Source of the DNA: Haliotis cracherodii
Taxonomy: Eukaryota
Direction: 5' to 3'
NCBI RefSeq assembly: GCF_022045235.1
Contig: NW_027266343.1
Span: 19,840,001-19,904,000 of the forward strand
DNA: 64,000 bases
The first letter of the stretch is position 1, and every line of letters begins with the position of its first letter. A program made the translations under genes and the position numbers. The notes under the pieces are model-generated. The model was given only the letters and a program-made list of their open reading frames with translations. It had not been told where the DNA came from and did not search any database. Of the stretch, positions 14,401 through 27,300 are shown in pieces.

Positions 14401-17400
14401 TGCCAGGTTGTTGGGCTCCATGTGTTCAGAGTAACCTGTTCAACACGAGATTTGAGTAAATGACTGATATAGTGGTTGATGGAAAATCTATAGCTGCACA
14501 CAATATCTTTCCCCGACATATACTTTTACTCAAATCTGCATTGTTACCTTCAAAGTCGTCGTTGTAGGTGCTCGGGAAGGGTTGAGATGAAGGCGGGGGA
14601 GGGTAGGACCCTTTCTGTCCCCCTGACACGGTCGTCAAGGTAAAGGCTTCATCCACAGCTACATCTAGCTGCACCATCCCATTCACAACCTACACAACAT
14701 ATGTCAATCCTTAATCCCCGCTAAGAACGACATTAGATTAACAAGTGTTATATTGACATTTTATGATAATGACATGCATGGCATTTATAAACTTCACGTA
14801 AACTTCCTATTGTGTGAAATTCATAAATTAGATCATTACTGCTTCCATTTTAAATTCAGCTTTTAGTTTAGTTAAAGCTAATTTCAGTGAAACACCGGTT
14901 CATTGTATTATAACTGCTAACGGAAAGAGCTAAGCTAGGGCCTCAGTTTGAAGCACAAACGTTACATCTGTTTTACCATTATTCAGTCACTACCCTTGGA
15001 AAGAGTGCTCACCCTGATAAAGAGTGCCACTTACGTCCTTGATATCGATGTTAGCTAAAATACAAATTGAGTTTGCTGTCATACGAATAGAGTGCTCTCA
15101 CCTTCAGCGTTGCCTGTCTCTGGAACATGGGGCCAGAAACACTGACCGTGCCATTGAACAATCTACTGTACCAAACGTTCAGAGATGTGATGGAAGCCTG
15201 CAAGAAATACATCGTGTAACCCATTTACCCAAACTTCCTTGATGAGATATCGGTATAATATTGCATCACACATTTTCATTGTGATTAGAATAATAATACA
15301 TTTTTTAATTACTTTACATATATATGCCATCCTGAGATTGCGTCTGAGTAGTTCGTCTTCGATAATATTTCGGTCAATTTCATTGACGAATCCGTTTCAA
15401 CAAACACTTACAAAGCTGCCCTTGAGCTGGAACGTCACTCTCTGCTTGGTGGCGTTGTAGGGCTCCAGGGGAGGCCGGACACAGATGGAGTGGTCGTGGC
15501 TCTGGAGGAACAAAGAAGAATAAACAATGAGTGTGTAAATGGGGCTCTTTCATCGTGTTGATTGAATTATCGCTCTTGATCAGACAAACCAGTGGTTGAT
15601 AGCGTGAACCTCGATCTATACGTGATCACCCAATACGCCAGGAGAGAAAATATCAAAATAGAACAATGAACGTTAATCTATAGACGTCGAAGGGTCACAA
15701 TTGTACCCCGCCAGTTATGTCACAATTGTTCTGTTGTATACAATACAACTATGGCCACCTATTACCGACTGTATCGGCTATTACAAGCTTTGTCTGTGAT
15801 CAAACAAAAATTTATTCCTCGACTGACACAGTGATAAAACATAAGAACTGAAGCTAAAAATAAAATCCTTCTGCACTGGCATATCAAAGTGGTTACATAA
15901 CCATAATGTTTTTGACAGAATATGGCAGAAATCGGTTGAAAAAATATAAGAGATATCAATGTTTGACAATACATAACTTTGATAGTTATTGTTATATAAC
16001 TAATCTCTCACCATGGTTTCTATAACAATAGTGAGGTCTTTGCCATCAGGGCTGACCAGAGAAACGTAGCTCCCTCCTCCGGTGAAATTTCCAACTCCGG
16101 CGCCGTGACGGAGATATCTCCATCCGATCTCCGTGAACTGCGTCGTGTGGGCTGGATAAGAGGTAAGTCAGTGAGGGGGTAAGTTGAGTTTTACGTCGTG
16201 TGGGCTGGATAAGAGGCGAAAAGGGAGGGGGTAAGTTGAGTTTTACGTCGTGTGGGCTGGATAAGAGGCGAATAGGGAAGGGGTAAGTTGATTTTTACGT
16301 CGTGTGGGCTGGATAAGAGGCGAATAGGGAGGGGTTAAGTTGAGTTTTACGTCGTGTGGGCTGGATAAGAGGCGAATAGGGAGGGGGTAAGTTGATTTTT
16401 ACATCATGTGGGCTGGATTAGAGGCGAAAAGGGAGGGGTCAAGTTGAGTTTTACGTCGTGTGGGCTGGATTAGAGGCGAATAGGGAGGGGGTAAGTTGAG
16501 TCTTATGGTGGTGGGCTGGAGAGAAAGGCAAATAGTGAGGGGGTGAGTTGAGTTTTACGCTGCCTTTAGCTACACGTCTAGCAATATGACGGCTTTTAGT
16601 AATAGGCTACCTAATCTCCCATAAAGGAGCAAACCTACTTTGAAATTACCATTCATTAAATGTGTCAATCTCATGTGTTCATTGGGACACATAGATTGGG
16701 AGATGAATAACAGACACGCCCTGCTTTACAATGAGTTAAACTGTTGGAATGTGGAATGAATTGGTCTCGTGAGGATTGACTACTGACACAAGTGAAGGTA
16801 GACCACATAGCAGGAACACGTTTAGTAACATGATAAAACATCCTGAGTCACTGCATGTTTTTCTTTCGCACTATTCGTATGTTAACACTGACCAGTTATC
16901 CAGATGGGGCTCTCGACGGCGTAGTTCCCAGTCCATGGTTCTTCTGCCGTCATCAATCCTGCCCTGATCCACGGCAGGGGGTTGTAGTAGCTGGCGATAG
17001 CGTTCCACGATATTGTTCTGAAACATGAGGGTGAAAAGTAAAGACATGATTCATCATGACTATCGGTGATTAATACTGAATTATGCACCCGTTATTATGT
17101 ATAAAAACCATGTATTTCCAACTCGGAAAGGTTCCCGGTAAAAAGCAGTAAAACTAAAACATTTACACCTACTATCGAAAAACGAAATACTCAAATATTG
17201 ATTTAAGAAATTCGTCAATTATGACCACAACTTACGCTGTCATGTTCCCATTGACATAGTTCATGTTGAGAATCTGAAAAGAATCAGTATCCATCAGTAT
17301 CATGATTCAAATGATAAGTATGAAAGTAATGAAACCTCCTCCCTGTTCCGATAATAATAAAATAATAGGAATACATTGGACAATACATCATCATACCTAC

Positions 17401-20340
17401 CCTCCCCCAGCATCCACCCCCGACGTTGTCGTTGAGGGTGCCGTAGTCTTCTGAGGCCCACAGCTGCTTACCAGTCTTCATGGCGGAGGGGTCGGAGAAT
17501 GTGCCCGGGTAGTGACACCTGGCGGGAATCAGAAAGACTCAGTATTGGAATATTTAAAACAATATCTAAACAAATCTAACATCAACTATACTTTCTAACA
17601 CTTAATAACATTAAGAACACTATTTGCCAAAGAAGATCAGTGTTCAAGGTTGCCAATGTTGATAATGTGCCATATCATTGTCGTGATCTATGAAATTATG
17701 AAACTGCGACGTGGCATGAATTGTCATTGATCATGCTGGCAAAATATGATCGTCCTAGGTCTACCATTACCCAATATTTTCGATGGAAGCCCCTAGTTCC
17801 TCGTCTTGAAGGATATCATCAGCAATCTCCCACTTTTCGTCAGCACCGACGATCTTCACGTTGCTGAAGCCGTTGTTGTCAAGGGTCTTCCGAAGTAGCT
17901 GGATATACAAATGTAAATTCACTTCACGGCTTGATCCTATTGAAACAAGTTAATAGTTTCATCCATTGTTTGAAATCGGTTAGGTCCTTACCTTGATGTA
18001 GGGGATGCTGTATGCTCGCTCATTCCAAATCTAGAGCACAGAAAGGATTAAATACTACTTCACGAACAAACACTTGTCATAAACGCGTATGGCTTCTGTA
18101 TGGCAGTGAGCAATCATAAAGGATTGTGCTTTCTTTGATGTTACATTTTCTTCTTTGTTTTCATTGTAACAACATAAAAAATCTATAAGTATTTATTTCA
18201 AAAAATATGTCAGCTAAAAGAAATTTCACATGATGAATATTTAAATTAATTTCCGTTAAAATAACATACGTAATAATAAAGAAAAAAATAAGGAATACAA
18301 AAAAATTGCGCTCGTCAACAAAACAAAATTAAAAACGAACCCCAACATAGTCTATGGTGAGATTATAGACATCTTTAGCTCCCCTAAGCCAGTTGAACAC
18401 ATAGTAAGCAGGTCTTTCTGGGTCGGTCCAGGGGTTTTCTCGGGTAGGTCCCCCTACCCAGCCAGGGAACGCCCAAGGTAGACCGTACAACTTTATGTTG
18501 GGATTTCTCTGAAAATAACAACATAATTTAATTATGATTTTACACCTAGGTCTGGTTACAATCCACACTGATTGTCAAACTTGTGAGTCATGATAGCCCA
18601 TTTTGATGCTGGGGAATTGTTGATACTGTTCTGTCATTGGGTTACTAAAATATGCAATAGCATGAAGAACAGTGAATAACACAGAGGGATTGATGGTGAT
18701 ATCAGTTCAGTTTAAATGGACAGCGATATTACACCAGATAAAGGTAGTTTAAGCTTAATATTGGCAGTTTCAACGTGTACGAGAGGAAAATGACCTTCTT
18801 CGCCTCCAACATGAGCCACCACTCATATCCTCTCTGGTAGTTCTCCTCCCAGCTGTTGTGCATGTGGGACGCCTCCGAACCATCTGTTAAGATAATATTT
18901 ATATCGTTGATCACAAATTAACAGAATGAATGTCTAGCTTTAGGGTATCCAACGTGTACACATGTCTAGCATGATATGCACTGAAACGATATTTTAAAAT
19001 CGGACGGATCACTACTGTGAAGGTACCTACCTGTACTGCAAGCATCGCCTCCTATCTCAACTTTCAGTATCTGCAGCGCGGCTCCAAAATTTGGCTGTAA
19101 ATAGGAGTTTATTTAACCAACCAACCTATCATCATGAACGTTTCAGAAGCAATAGTTTTGACATGCTCTAATCGGGTAACCGGAATAAAAATCCCTCGTT
19201 GTCTCACCTATAAAAAATTTGAGGATCAAGTAAAATTATTACAATCTTACAGAAAATGTCATCTCTTTTATACGGCTATCAAAACAATGTTGTTGCATCT
19301 GCGGATATATACCTATTAAAGATGGATAAAAAAAAATATGACTGACGACCAACATTTTTAAAAGTTCAGAAACTATATTTTTTTATGTAGTTCAAGAATG
19401 TCAAAATAAACGATACACGTTATGATAACTGTCAAGGCAATTTGTCACCTTGAAAAGAAAGTCCAGCACTTGATCCCTGTAAGGTTGAGGATAGTTCACC
19501 AGCAGCTTGGATGTAGCCTGTGGGAGGGGAAAGAGAGGGTCAAAGATATCACTTGGGGAGGTTATAATTTAATATATTGAATTTCAACGTCCTACTGTCA
19601 GCATTTATTAACTTTTTCTTGGACTGATAAAGTTTCACACAAGAGGCAACATATGTGACTTGGAGCTAATCAAGCCAGTTACACAGACACACGTTTACCT
19701 TTGGTATAAACCCATGTTAAGATAGCAATGACGTTTTCTTTTATAAACAGTGATAGTACTTGAGATATGAAGCTTTATACTATATCCTATGGTCAGTACT
19801 TCCTACATTGAAAGTAGCTTAGTTCGTCGTCTAGCCCGGCAGAATGTACGTTTTCTCTTTAAAGCCAATAAACAAGAGAACAATATTATATAGATTACAG
19901 TGTCACCACTGGTTGCATTTCTATGATTGTAAAACGATTAGATCAAATAGTAGCACAAGAGGCAGTATGTGTACCGTTTAAACATTTCGAATCAACCTGA
20001 ACTTCTTCGTGTGGTTATTACTCATGATAAGACACTTCAACGGATGAATTCATAGAAGGTATATTATACATTTGCCCCCTGAAACTAGAATAATATCTCA
20101 GTGAAACCAATGACGTCTAACACCAGCTTTCTCAATGTGACTCCCAACCTGATGGAAGCTACCGTCACGCTGCCCCTTCCAGAACAAGTGTGAACTTACC
20201 CCTCCACCACTAATGCCGCCGATCCCATCAAAGGTCCGTCCATACCCAGTACTGTCATCGATGGGATAGGGTGCTGCTGCATGTGCTGTCACAAACAATG
20301 CCCAGACACCCGCAGCAGCGATGAAAACACCACTCTCCAT
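11435..20340 (-). CDS. GALC: Galactocerebrosidase-like GH59 gene 2, complete, 18 exons, ~689 aa, signal peptide
   Basis: Exons (minus): 20200-20340, 19449-19517, 19031-19094, 18795-18883, 18341-18508, 17992-18030, 17771-17898, 17401-17518, 17236-17273, 16893-17017, 16012-16151, 15412-15501, 15102-15197, 14548-14689, 14255-14435, 12226-12395, 11895-11971, 11435-11629. Sum 2070 nt, in frame. Motifs [49 protein letters not shown]. Confidence 0.95.
16141..16558. repeat. 52-bp minisatellite (~8 units) made of the exon-11 acceptor region of gene 2
   Basis: Units start at 16141, 16194, 16246, 16298, 16350, 16402, 16454 and ~16506. The first unit overlaps the true exon start. Confidence 0.95.
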
Positions 20341-20395
20341 TGTTAGTTATCATGTGCTCGCGTAATGTTATCAAGACACAGGTCAGAAGGTCATG

Positions 20396-20430
20396 GCCGG
20401 AGGTTTGCAGGAATGAGATGACTCAGGCGT
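20396..20430. promoter_or_regulatory. Putative proximal promoter motifs of gene 2 (AP-1 TGACTCA, ETS-like GGAA)
   Basis: TGACTCA at 20419-20425, ~80 bp upstream of the ATG, conserved upstream of gene 3 (34557-34563). Motif match only. Confidence 0.3.
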
Positions 20431-21334
20431 GAGTTTATGTATTGTAAATAAATACTAAGCTAAAGTGGTGATGTCACTAACTGTGACATTTACTATTTAG
20501 TTACCTGAATGGACAGTAAAATCATATTTAATGAGAATTTATGGCTTGAAAAGAATATGATCTCTCTGCGGGGAAGGAGGCGGTGGGATTTGTTTGCAAC
20601 AGTTTGATAGGATATGTAATTTATGGAAAAAAAAGCGTCAACGCCAAACAATAATCATTCTCGGTTATAAGTGGAAACGGATTCTATTCAGTGTAAAAGG
20701 TAAAACAGTGATATGAATGGATCACAGAAAGTCCGGGATGACACCAGGTGTTCCCAGTGTTGTGTTGTACCGGTAGCGCCAGCCACTCACACAATGTGCC
20801 TAGAACGTAAGTGTCCAGCAACAGAAACATCGACTTAATTCAAGTAAACAAACAACCCCTCAACACCAGAAAACAATGAGTCTTTCTTATTTGTTGAAAC
20901 AGATTCAATTGGGTGTAAAAGGCTAAAACGTTATGAAAATTCTATGAATGGATGACTGAAAATTAGTGATGACACCAGGTGTTCGCAACATGACTTGGGT
21001 GATGGGTATCATTATTTGTATAACACTGATAACAAAGAGTATCATTATTTGTTTTCATGTGATTGTTTTGTGACATCAAGAAGACAGTTACAGGACATGC
21101 TTACCCTTTCGCAAACACTATGGGGACGTTCCTTCTGCTGTTGTTCAGCTCTGAAAATTGCAAACTTGTCAGGATAGGCGCCGGTAGCTCATGCTTGTGG
21201 AAAGGGGCGAGTGAAAAAGATTGTCTTGTTACAGCTAGAAATTGTTGACTGGGGCCTTTGACAACATTCACTCACTCGCAATAGTACCGATTAAACAACC
21301 AGTGACAAAGAAGAACGTCCCTTGTTGTGTTGAC

Positions 21335-21850
21335 CTCCGTGGTCTAGTGGTAGAGTGAGTGAGTTGGGTTTAACGCCGCTTTTAACAGTATTCCAGTTAT
21401 ATCGCGGCGTGTCAGCTTAATGTGGGAGGAAAACCCGAAGTGATGCAGGTCTTAGACGTTTACCTTTTCGGTGAAACCCACGGGCACGGGTATGGTGCTA
21501 ACAAACCTAGAAACCCGGGGCGAACCGGGATTCGAACCCACAATCATAGGTTTCTGGCGTGCTCAAGGGACGCAACTCTGCACAGTGAATCGCGGCGCCT
21601 TAGACGACTGGGCCACCCGTGCCCCCTCTAGTGGTAGAGCGTCCGCTAGGAGAGTTGAAGGTCCGGGGTTTGATCCCCGGCCACGTCATACCAAAAGACG
21701 TTAAAAGATGGTACTTGTTGTTACCCTGTCTGGCGCTCGGCATTGACGGCCTTAATCAAGGACTAGACTGGTCGGCTTGGAGTCAGTATACCGTGTCTGA
21801 GTCGGGTATTCATGTTAAACTGCGGCATGGTATATCAGTGGGCTAAGAGT
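21335..21850 (+). mobile_element. tRNA-derived SINE family C (MetaSINE-like central domain), interrupted by a family D SINE
   Basis: ctccgtggtctagtggtagag...gtttgatcccc head and cataccaaaagacgttaaaagatggtacttgttgttaccctgtctggcgctcggcatt core. Same family at 38205-38560 (+) and 33750-34075 (-). Confidence 0.8.
21356..21626 (-). mobile_element. SINE family D (tRNA-Leu-like head), full length, nested in a family C SINE
   Basis: 13-bp TSD tctagtggtagag at 21343-21355 and 21627-21639. Head GGGGCACGGGTGGCCCAGTCGTCTAAGGCGC...GTGGGTTCGAATCCC; ACTC tail. Confidence 0.88.
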
Positions 21851-21879
21851 AATGCTTCATTACAATAGAGAGAACAAGC

Positions 21880-23000
21880 TATTGGTAGGATACATCAAGG
21901 AACAACACATGACTACGTCGCTGGGAGTTTCGGTTGTAGCCGAAAGACAGTCGCCAGGTGCGTGGCCTGTTACAGGCAAGCGGGGCGGAAGAAAGACAGG
22001 CCTAAGAATGGCAGACCTCCTGTCACCACCACCCAGGAAAACGCTACACATTTATCCTCCTTCTGGGGAATCGTATTATTACCACGACGTCATTAGCTGC
22101 GCCATTCAGGAGACTGCGTTGGTACGATATCAGAGCTGAGGGACCACGACGAGACGTAACGCTGACACCGGAACACCGACATTGATGGGCTCGAACAGAA
22201 ACTGGCAAAGAGTCATGATCACAGGAGAGAGCAGATAACAGCTTTTCAGAGCAGATGTTTACCGCCGACGAGGAGAACGAACGTCACGTTGTTGCGATCA
22301 AGATGTTGAACCGTTTGGAGGTGGTGGCATCTGTAGCCAGTTGAAGGTAGTACTGAAGCCAAGTCAGTGCCGCATCATTAGCCAAATCAACGGGGCACCG
22401 GTGGCGACGTCAATACAGATGTGGTGATTTTGGAACGAACTGGACAGCATAACATTGACCAATCTCTCTACCCTGTTGTACTACCGTTCTTGCAACAGAT
22501 TCCCCGGATCCTGTTTCAGCACGATAACACAAGGCCCCATACAACGTCTTGCCTTGGCGAGTACAATCACCTAACGAACAGTTGTAAGATCACCTTGACC
22601 ATCAAACAGAACACGAACAGGTCGCCCCCATAACAAGAATCAGTAAGCACAGGCCCTCCGAGACGAATGTCGTCAAATCCCATTTGATCAGACGTTTCAC
22701 ACCTTCTGCTCGTCGATGAGTTGGGGCGAGCATTGATGACCGTGGTGGGCATACGCGATATTGACTGACATTTGTGACATTCTGTAGGATTAAAGCGAGT
22801 TCCATATGCTGATTTCAGTCTTGATGGTTGATCGATTACTGAACAACTGACTCCATTCTCCAAATGGTGGACAGAATACCTTCATTTTTGTTCTCGTTCA
22901 ATGCATGACTTGTAATGATGTTGTCAGTTCATGTCTTTTGACACTACAAGTATATTCATTGGCCACGTTGGTTGGTAGCGTTTATTTTGCCCGTCAGTTT
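21880..23000 (+). mobile_element. Degenerate Tc1/mariner transposase remnant
   Basis: Fragments resembling DRPKNGRP, FRAD..RRRGER, FGGG and LFQHDNTRPH, and a TIR-like end gcgtttattttgcccgtcagt at ~22978-22998. Many frameshifts. Confidence 0.7.
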
Positions 23001-24331
23001 AGGTCATTGCAATAAACTGTTTTTATAAGTATTACAGGCATACTGTCTCTCATGCTCATAGCTTGGTGTCAAAGATTATGGCTTTGCATACCCGCTCTCT
23101 AGAACTCCCATGTAGATTGGGATATGGGATATCCCTATAGAATAGCCCTGGGACATATGGACTTTCTGTGGGATCGAGGGGTATTCTGTAGAAAGTCCAA
23201 GCTAAGAGGTTATTCTACGAAGGGAATAGGATGACGCTACCAGAGGTCAAAACGACACTGGTTAGCCTGGCCATGACACGATAATATAACCGGTCGTCGT
23301 GATATAGATGTCGGTGTCAAAGAAATGTCTTGTTACAGTAAAACTATGCTGATGCGACGTTCATCGTCAGCCTTCTGCATGTGCAGCTGCCCAGGGGATA
23401 TAGCAGGATGTATAGTGTCGTATACTGTGCAGGCTATCGGGGCGTCGACACATTATGAAATTGCTAATGATTTGAAGTGAAACACACTTGACTGACAGGG
23501 TAGATATCAAAGCTTGTGTAAAACATTAAACTTACAATGTCACGATCACTCCCCGCATTTTCAATTCTCACATGGCGGTGTACTGTAAGTGTTATGGTTG
23601 GAATGTTTGTTTATATTTCTAATGTAGGTATTCATGAAGCGTTCGATACGTTTTGTGTGTAATCCTTATGAAATCGTGTCTGTCAATAAGTTTTCCAAAA
23701 GCGATCCAGGCTGTTGCTATGTCATAAGCAGGTGATGAAAATAATTTCGGAAGGGCCTTGGTTCGTGGGTCTGATGAAATGTTTTGATAACGTGTATATG
23801 TATGTATTTAATGTATGTATGTCAGCGATATGGTATGTCATCAGCACTTTGCACTTAGATAAAACTATTATCTGTCATATTTCTCGACCTGTTATCGAGG
23901 ATCTGAGTCAGCATTAACACGAACTGGATCGTACAGCAAACTAATAGTATTCATTCACATACAAGTACTAATTACCGGGAGAGGGTTTACTGCCCTTGAC
24001 ATGAATCAGCCGCATATCTATCGATATCTACAATGTCGTTCCAGTTATCATGAAGACGTCAGTGGCCTATATCTGTGATGACCGAGCCTGATGCAATGGT
24101 TACCATGTTGACTGGGTGACTAGAAATATTTCGCAAAGGGTTTCACTCTCAGTAGGATTCTTCTCTATCACTCAGAGCAGTTTACACAAATGGTGGATGT
24201 TGAATATGGGCAGTTTTAAAAATGGCCTCACATGTATAAAAGGAGAAGACGCAAAATATGTTGTCCCAACTTTTATTAAATATGAGCATTCATCAAATGT
24301 AATTTACAAATAAATGTATATGAAAACAAAA

Positions 24332-24343
24332 TTATTATTATCA

Positions 24344-24382
<39 letters not shown>
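24332..24382 (-). repeat. (TAA/TGA)n trinucleotide microsatellite starting at the stop codon of gene 3
   Basis: Plus strand reads (tta)3(tca)2(tta)12. Confidence 0.95.
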
Positions 24383-24383
<1 letters not shown>

Positions 24384-27300
24384 GCTTTTGGTTTGTAATA
24401 CAATGTATTATCCTTCGGCTTCTGGCGTAGATTTGCGACTGGTTTTGCCTTAATCATCAGATTGTCATAGTCCACAATTCCCCAGGAATCGGTGCCAATC
24501 GCCACAAATCCATACTTGGGATTGGCAGGAATAGACACGTTGAACAGTTTCTGGTTATTATATGTGCCAGATGCGTTTCCTCCCTGAAATAAAACAACCC
24601 ATGCATAATCTCTTTATGAACAAGCCTATGCTATTATCGAGTAAAAACATTCAAATCCATCGTAGGTTTGTTTGTTTGTGACAGCAGGCCCCCAAAGAAT
24701 GACGTGACATGTATTACAACGCTCAGCAGACGCCAAGTGGTTGAAGGCGCCGCAATTCACACCTATGAGGGTGGGTTCGAATCCCGGTTCGCCCCGATTA
24801 TGTTTCTAGGTTTGTCAGCACCATACCCGCGCTGTTCAAAGCAGCGTAAAACCCAACTCACTCACTCACTCATTACAACGCTGAACCTGTCAGTGTGCTG
24901 CATTCATTGTGGAAAATACCCGAAACCACAAACAGTTGTATGTAGACAAAAGGAAATAATTATAAAGCTACAAGAAGGTAGGAACTGTGGGACTCAACTA
25001 ACCTGCACAGTCAGCATTACGTTGTTCCAGTCACTGTTGCTGGATGGTAGTTCACCTTCCGTTATGCCCTTCTTGTGTTCTGCAGTCATCGACATAAAGA
25101 TTATCAGCAGTTATGTTTTTTGACGAAAGCAACTAAGAACATTTTAAAGCTTCTTAAACTCTGTGGATTCTTTTTCAACCATGTACCTTTCATAGCGATG
25201 ACGTTATTACCGAAAATGTCATGTTGTAAATACACATAACGTATCTAAAAAACCTAACAATTTGTAGCTGATACCGATTGAGGGTTGGGATTTCATCTTT
25301 GTAACCAATTGACAGAAATGTTACATCGGGGGCAGCCAGAACATGCCAGGTGAACCCTTGTGGAGAAGAACCTGGCCACCAGCGAACACTTTTACCACCA
25401 GGACGTCGAGCTCAGCTTGGAGTCAGAAACCACAATGTTGGTAGATACGCGTTGTAGAGATGTATAAAAAATATAATATACAAACCATTGTATTAACTCA
25501 CCAAAGTCCCCGGATAGATGGTATTTACTTTTGTTGGGGAAGATATACAGGAAGATACCCTCTGCTTGGTCTGACTCTCCACCACCTCTGTCCACCCGGG
25601 CAGCCACAAAGTAGCCGCTAGAGCCGTTCACTTCCCCGACTTTGGCGTCCATCTGGACGGTTACATCTGTCCTGGAAGACCAGAGGAGCAATTGGTACTT
25701 GTCTCCATGTCTTATGTTGGTCTTTCCAAAATCTAATCCTGACCATACCCTCGGCAGTAGGATATATGTCTGCCACTATTCCACAGTGAAACTATTAATC
25801 CAAAATGTTCCAGAGTTTCCGGATTAATGAACCATGGGTATTTTGTTATGTCTGTTGTATTTCTGTAGGTGCCCCAAACAACTCATGAGACCCAGCTGTA
25901 CAAAGGCGAAGGATTTGTTTTCAGTAATTTTGCCAGACAACAGTGTGTTTATGTTCAGGCTTTTTGCATCACGTATATCTAAAGTCAAGGTTCCAGATGT
26001 ATAAGCAAGATTGATGTTTTCATATGCATGGTTTGCGTGTGAAAAGGCTTATTTTAAGAGGCATCGGTAGGAAAAAGAATACCCCTTTTACCCAATCTGA
26101 ATCAAACATTCTTCAATGAAATTGTAGAATGGCAAAAAAAATTGAAGTACGTTACATCTAAGAAAAGATAATGTTTGTCTTCAAAGTGGCAACATAAATA
26201 TTCCACATGTCAAAATCTCGAATAGAGTTGATTTTACAATAACCATGAGGTGTTTCTGTTAAACCTAATTATATAATATATGATATATAATATTCATTAC
26301 TGTAGTAAAAGCGTGTAAAAACATGGTCATGGAAAATATATTTTATCTCACCTTACACATAAGATACTTCATTTGTGCTGGTCAATGACATTTTGATAAA
26401 ATTCCATGTACTAAAATTAAATACATTGGCGTTAGTAATATGGCGCCTAACAAACGTTTCGCATCTCACTTTCAATTGTAGTAAATGACAAACTCGTTGA
26501 ATGTTTTCCCTCGTGAATACGGTTTGAGGTGCTCTCAGTGCAGCTGTGTACTTGACGGAGAGTGGCGACTCCGGGTACACGGCCACCCAGAAGGTGCATT
26601 AAACTGTATTTCCCTCGTAAAAAGCCAAAAAACTTATAATATTAAAACCGTACCAGTTATAGTTGCCAATGACATTGATAGACCTGTTGGTCCGCCCCTC
26701 TGCCTTACACCAGTGTACAGGCTGTGAGAGGACCATCTGCCTCACCACCTTGTTGTGTGGGGGACCCACGTCAATGATCTCAAACGACCCGGTCTGTTGT
26801 GCCAGGTTGTTGGGCTCCATGTGTTCAGAGTAACCTGAAACACGAGATTTAAGTAAATGACTGATCATGATATAGTGGTTGATGTAAAATCTATAGCTGC
26901 ACACAATATCTTTCCCCGATATATACTCTTACTCAAATCTGCATTGTTACCTTCAAAGTCGTCGTTGTAGGTGCTCGGGAAGGGTTGAGATGAAGGCGGT
27001 GGAGGGTAGGACCCTTTCTGTCCCCCTGACACGGTCGTCAGCGTAATGGCTTCATCCACAGCTACATCTAGCTCCACCATCCCATTCACAACCTACACAA
27101 CATATGCCAATCCTTAATCCCCGCTAAGAACGACATTGGATTAACAAGAGATTATATTGACATTACATTATAATAACATGCATGGCATTTATAAACTTCA
27201 TAAGCTTACTTGTGTGAAATTATAAATTCGATCAGTAATACGTCGATCAATGCTAGATGAGATCACTTCAGGGAAACTTTGATTAGTGTGAAATTTATAA

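Larger units (their letters stand above)
20980..23780 (+). pseudogene. Decayed partial copy of the 3' part of gene 1 (intron-14 piece, intron-17 end, broken exon 18, 3' UTR)
   Basis: 20980-21334 aligns to 6169-6632, and ~23145-23780 aligns to ~10280-11150. The exon-18 copy at 23339 starts with TAA instead of GGA (TAA AAC TAT GCT GAT GCG ACG TTC) and has a large internal deletion after cagctgcccag. Exons 15-17 are absent, and SINEs plus a Tc1 remnant lie in between. Confidence 0.8.
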
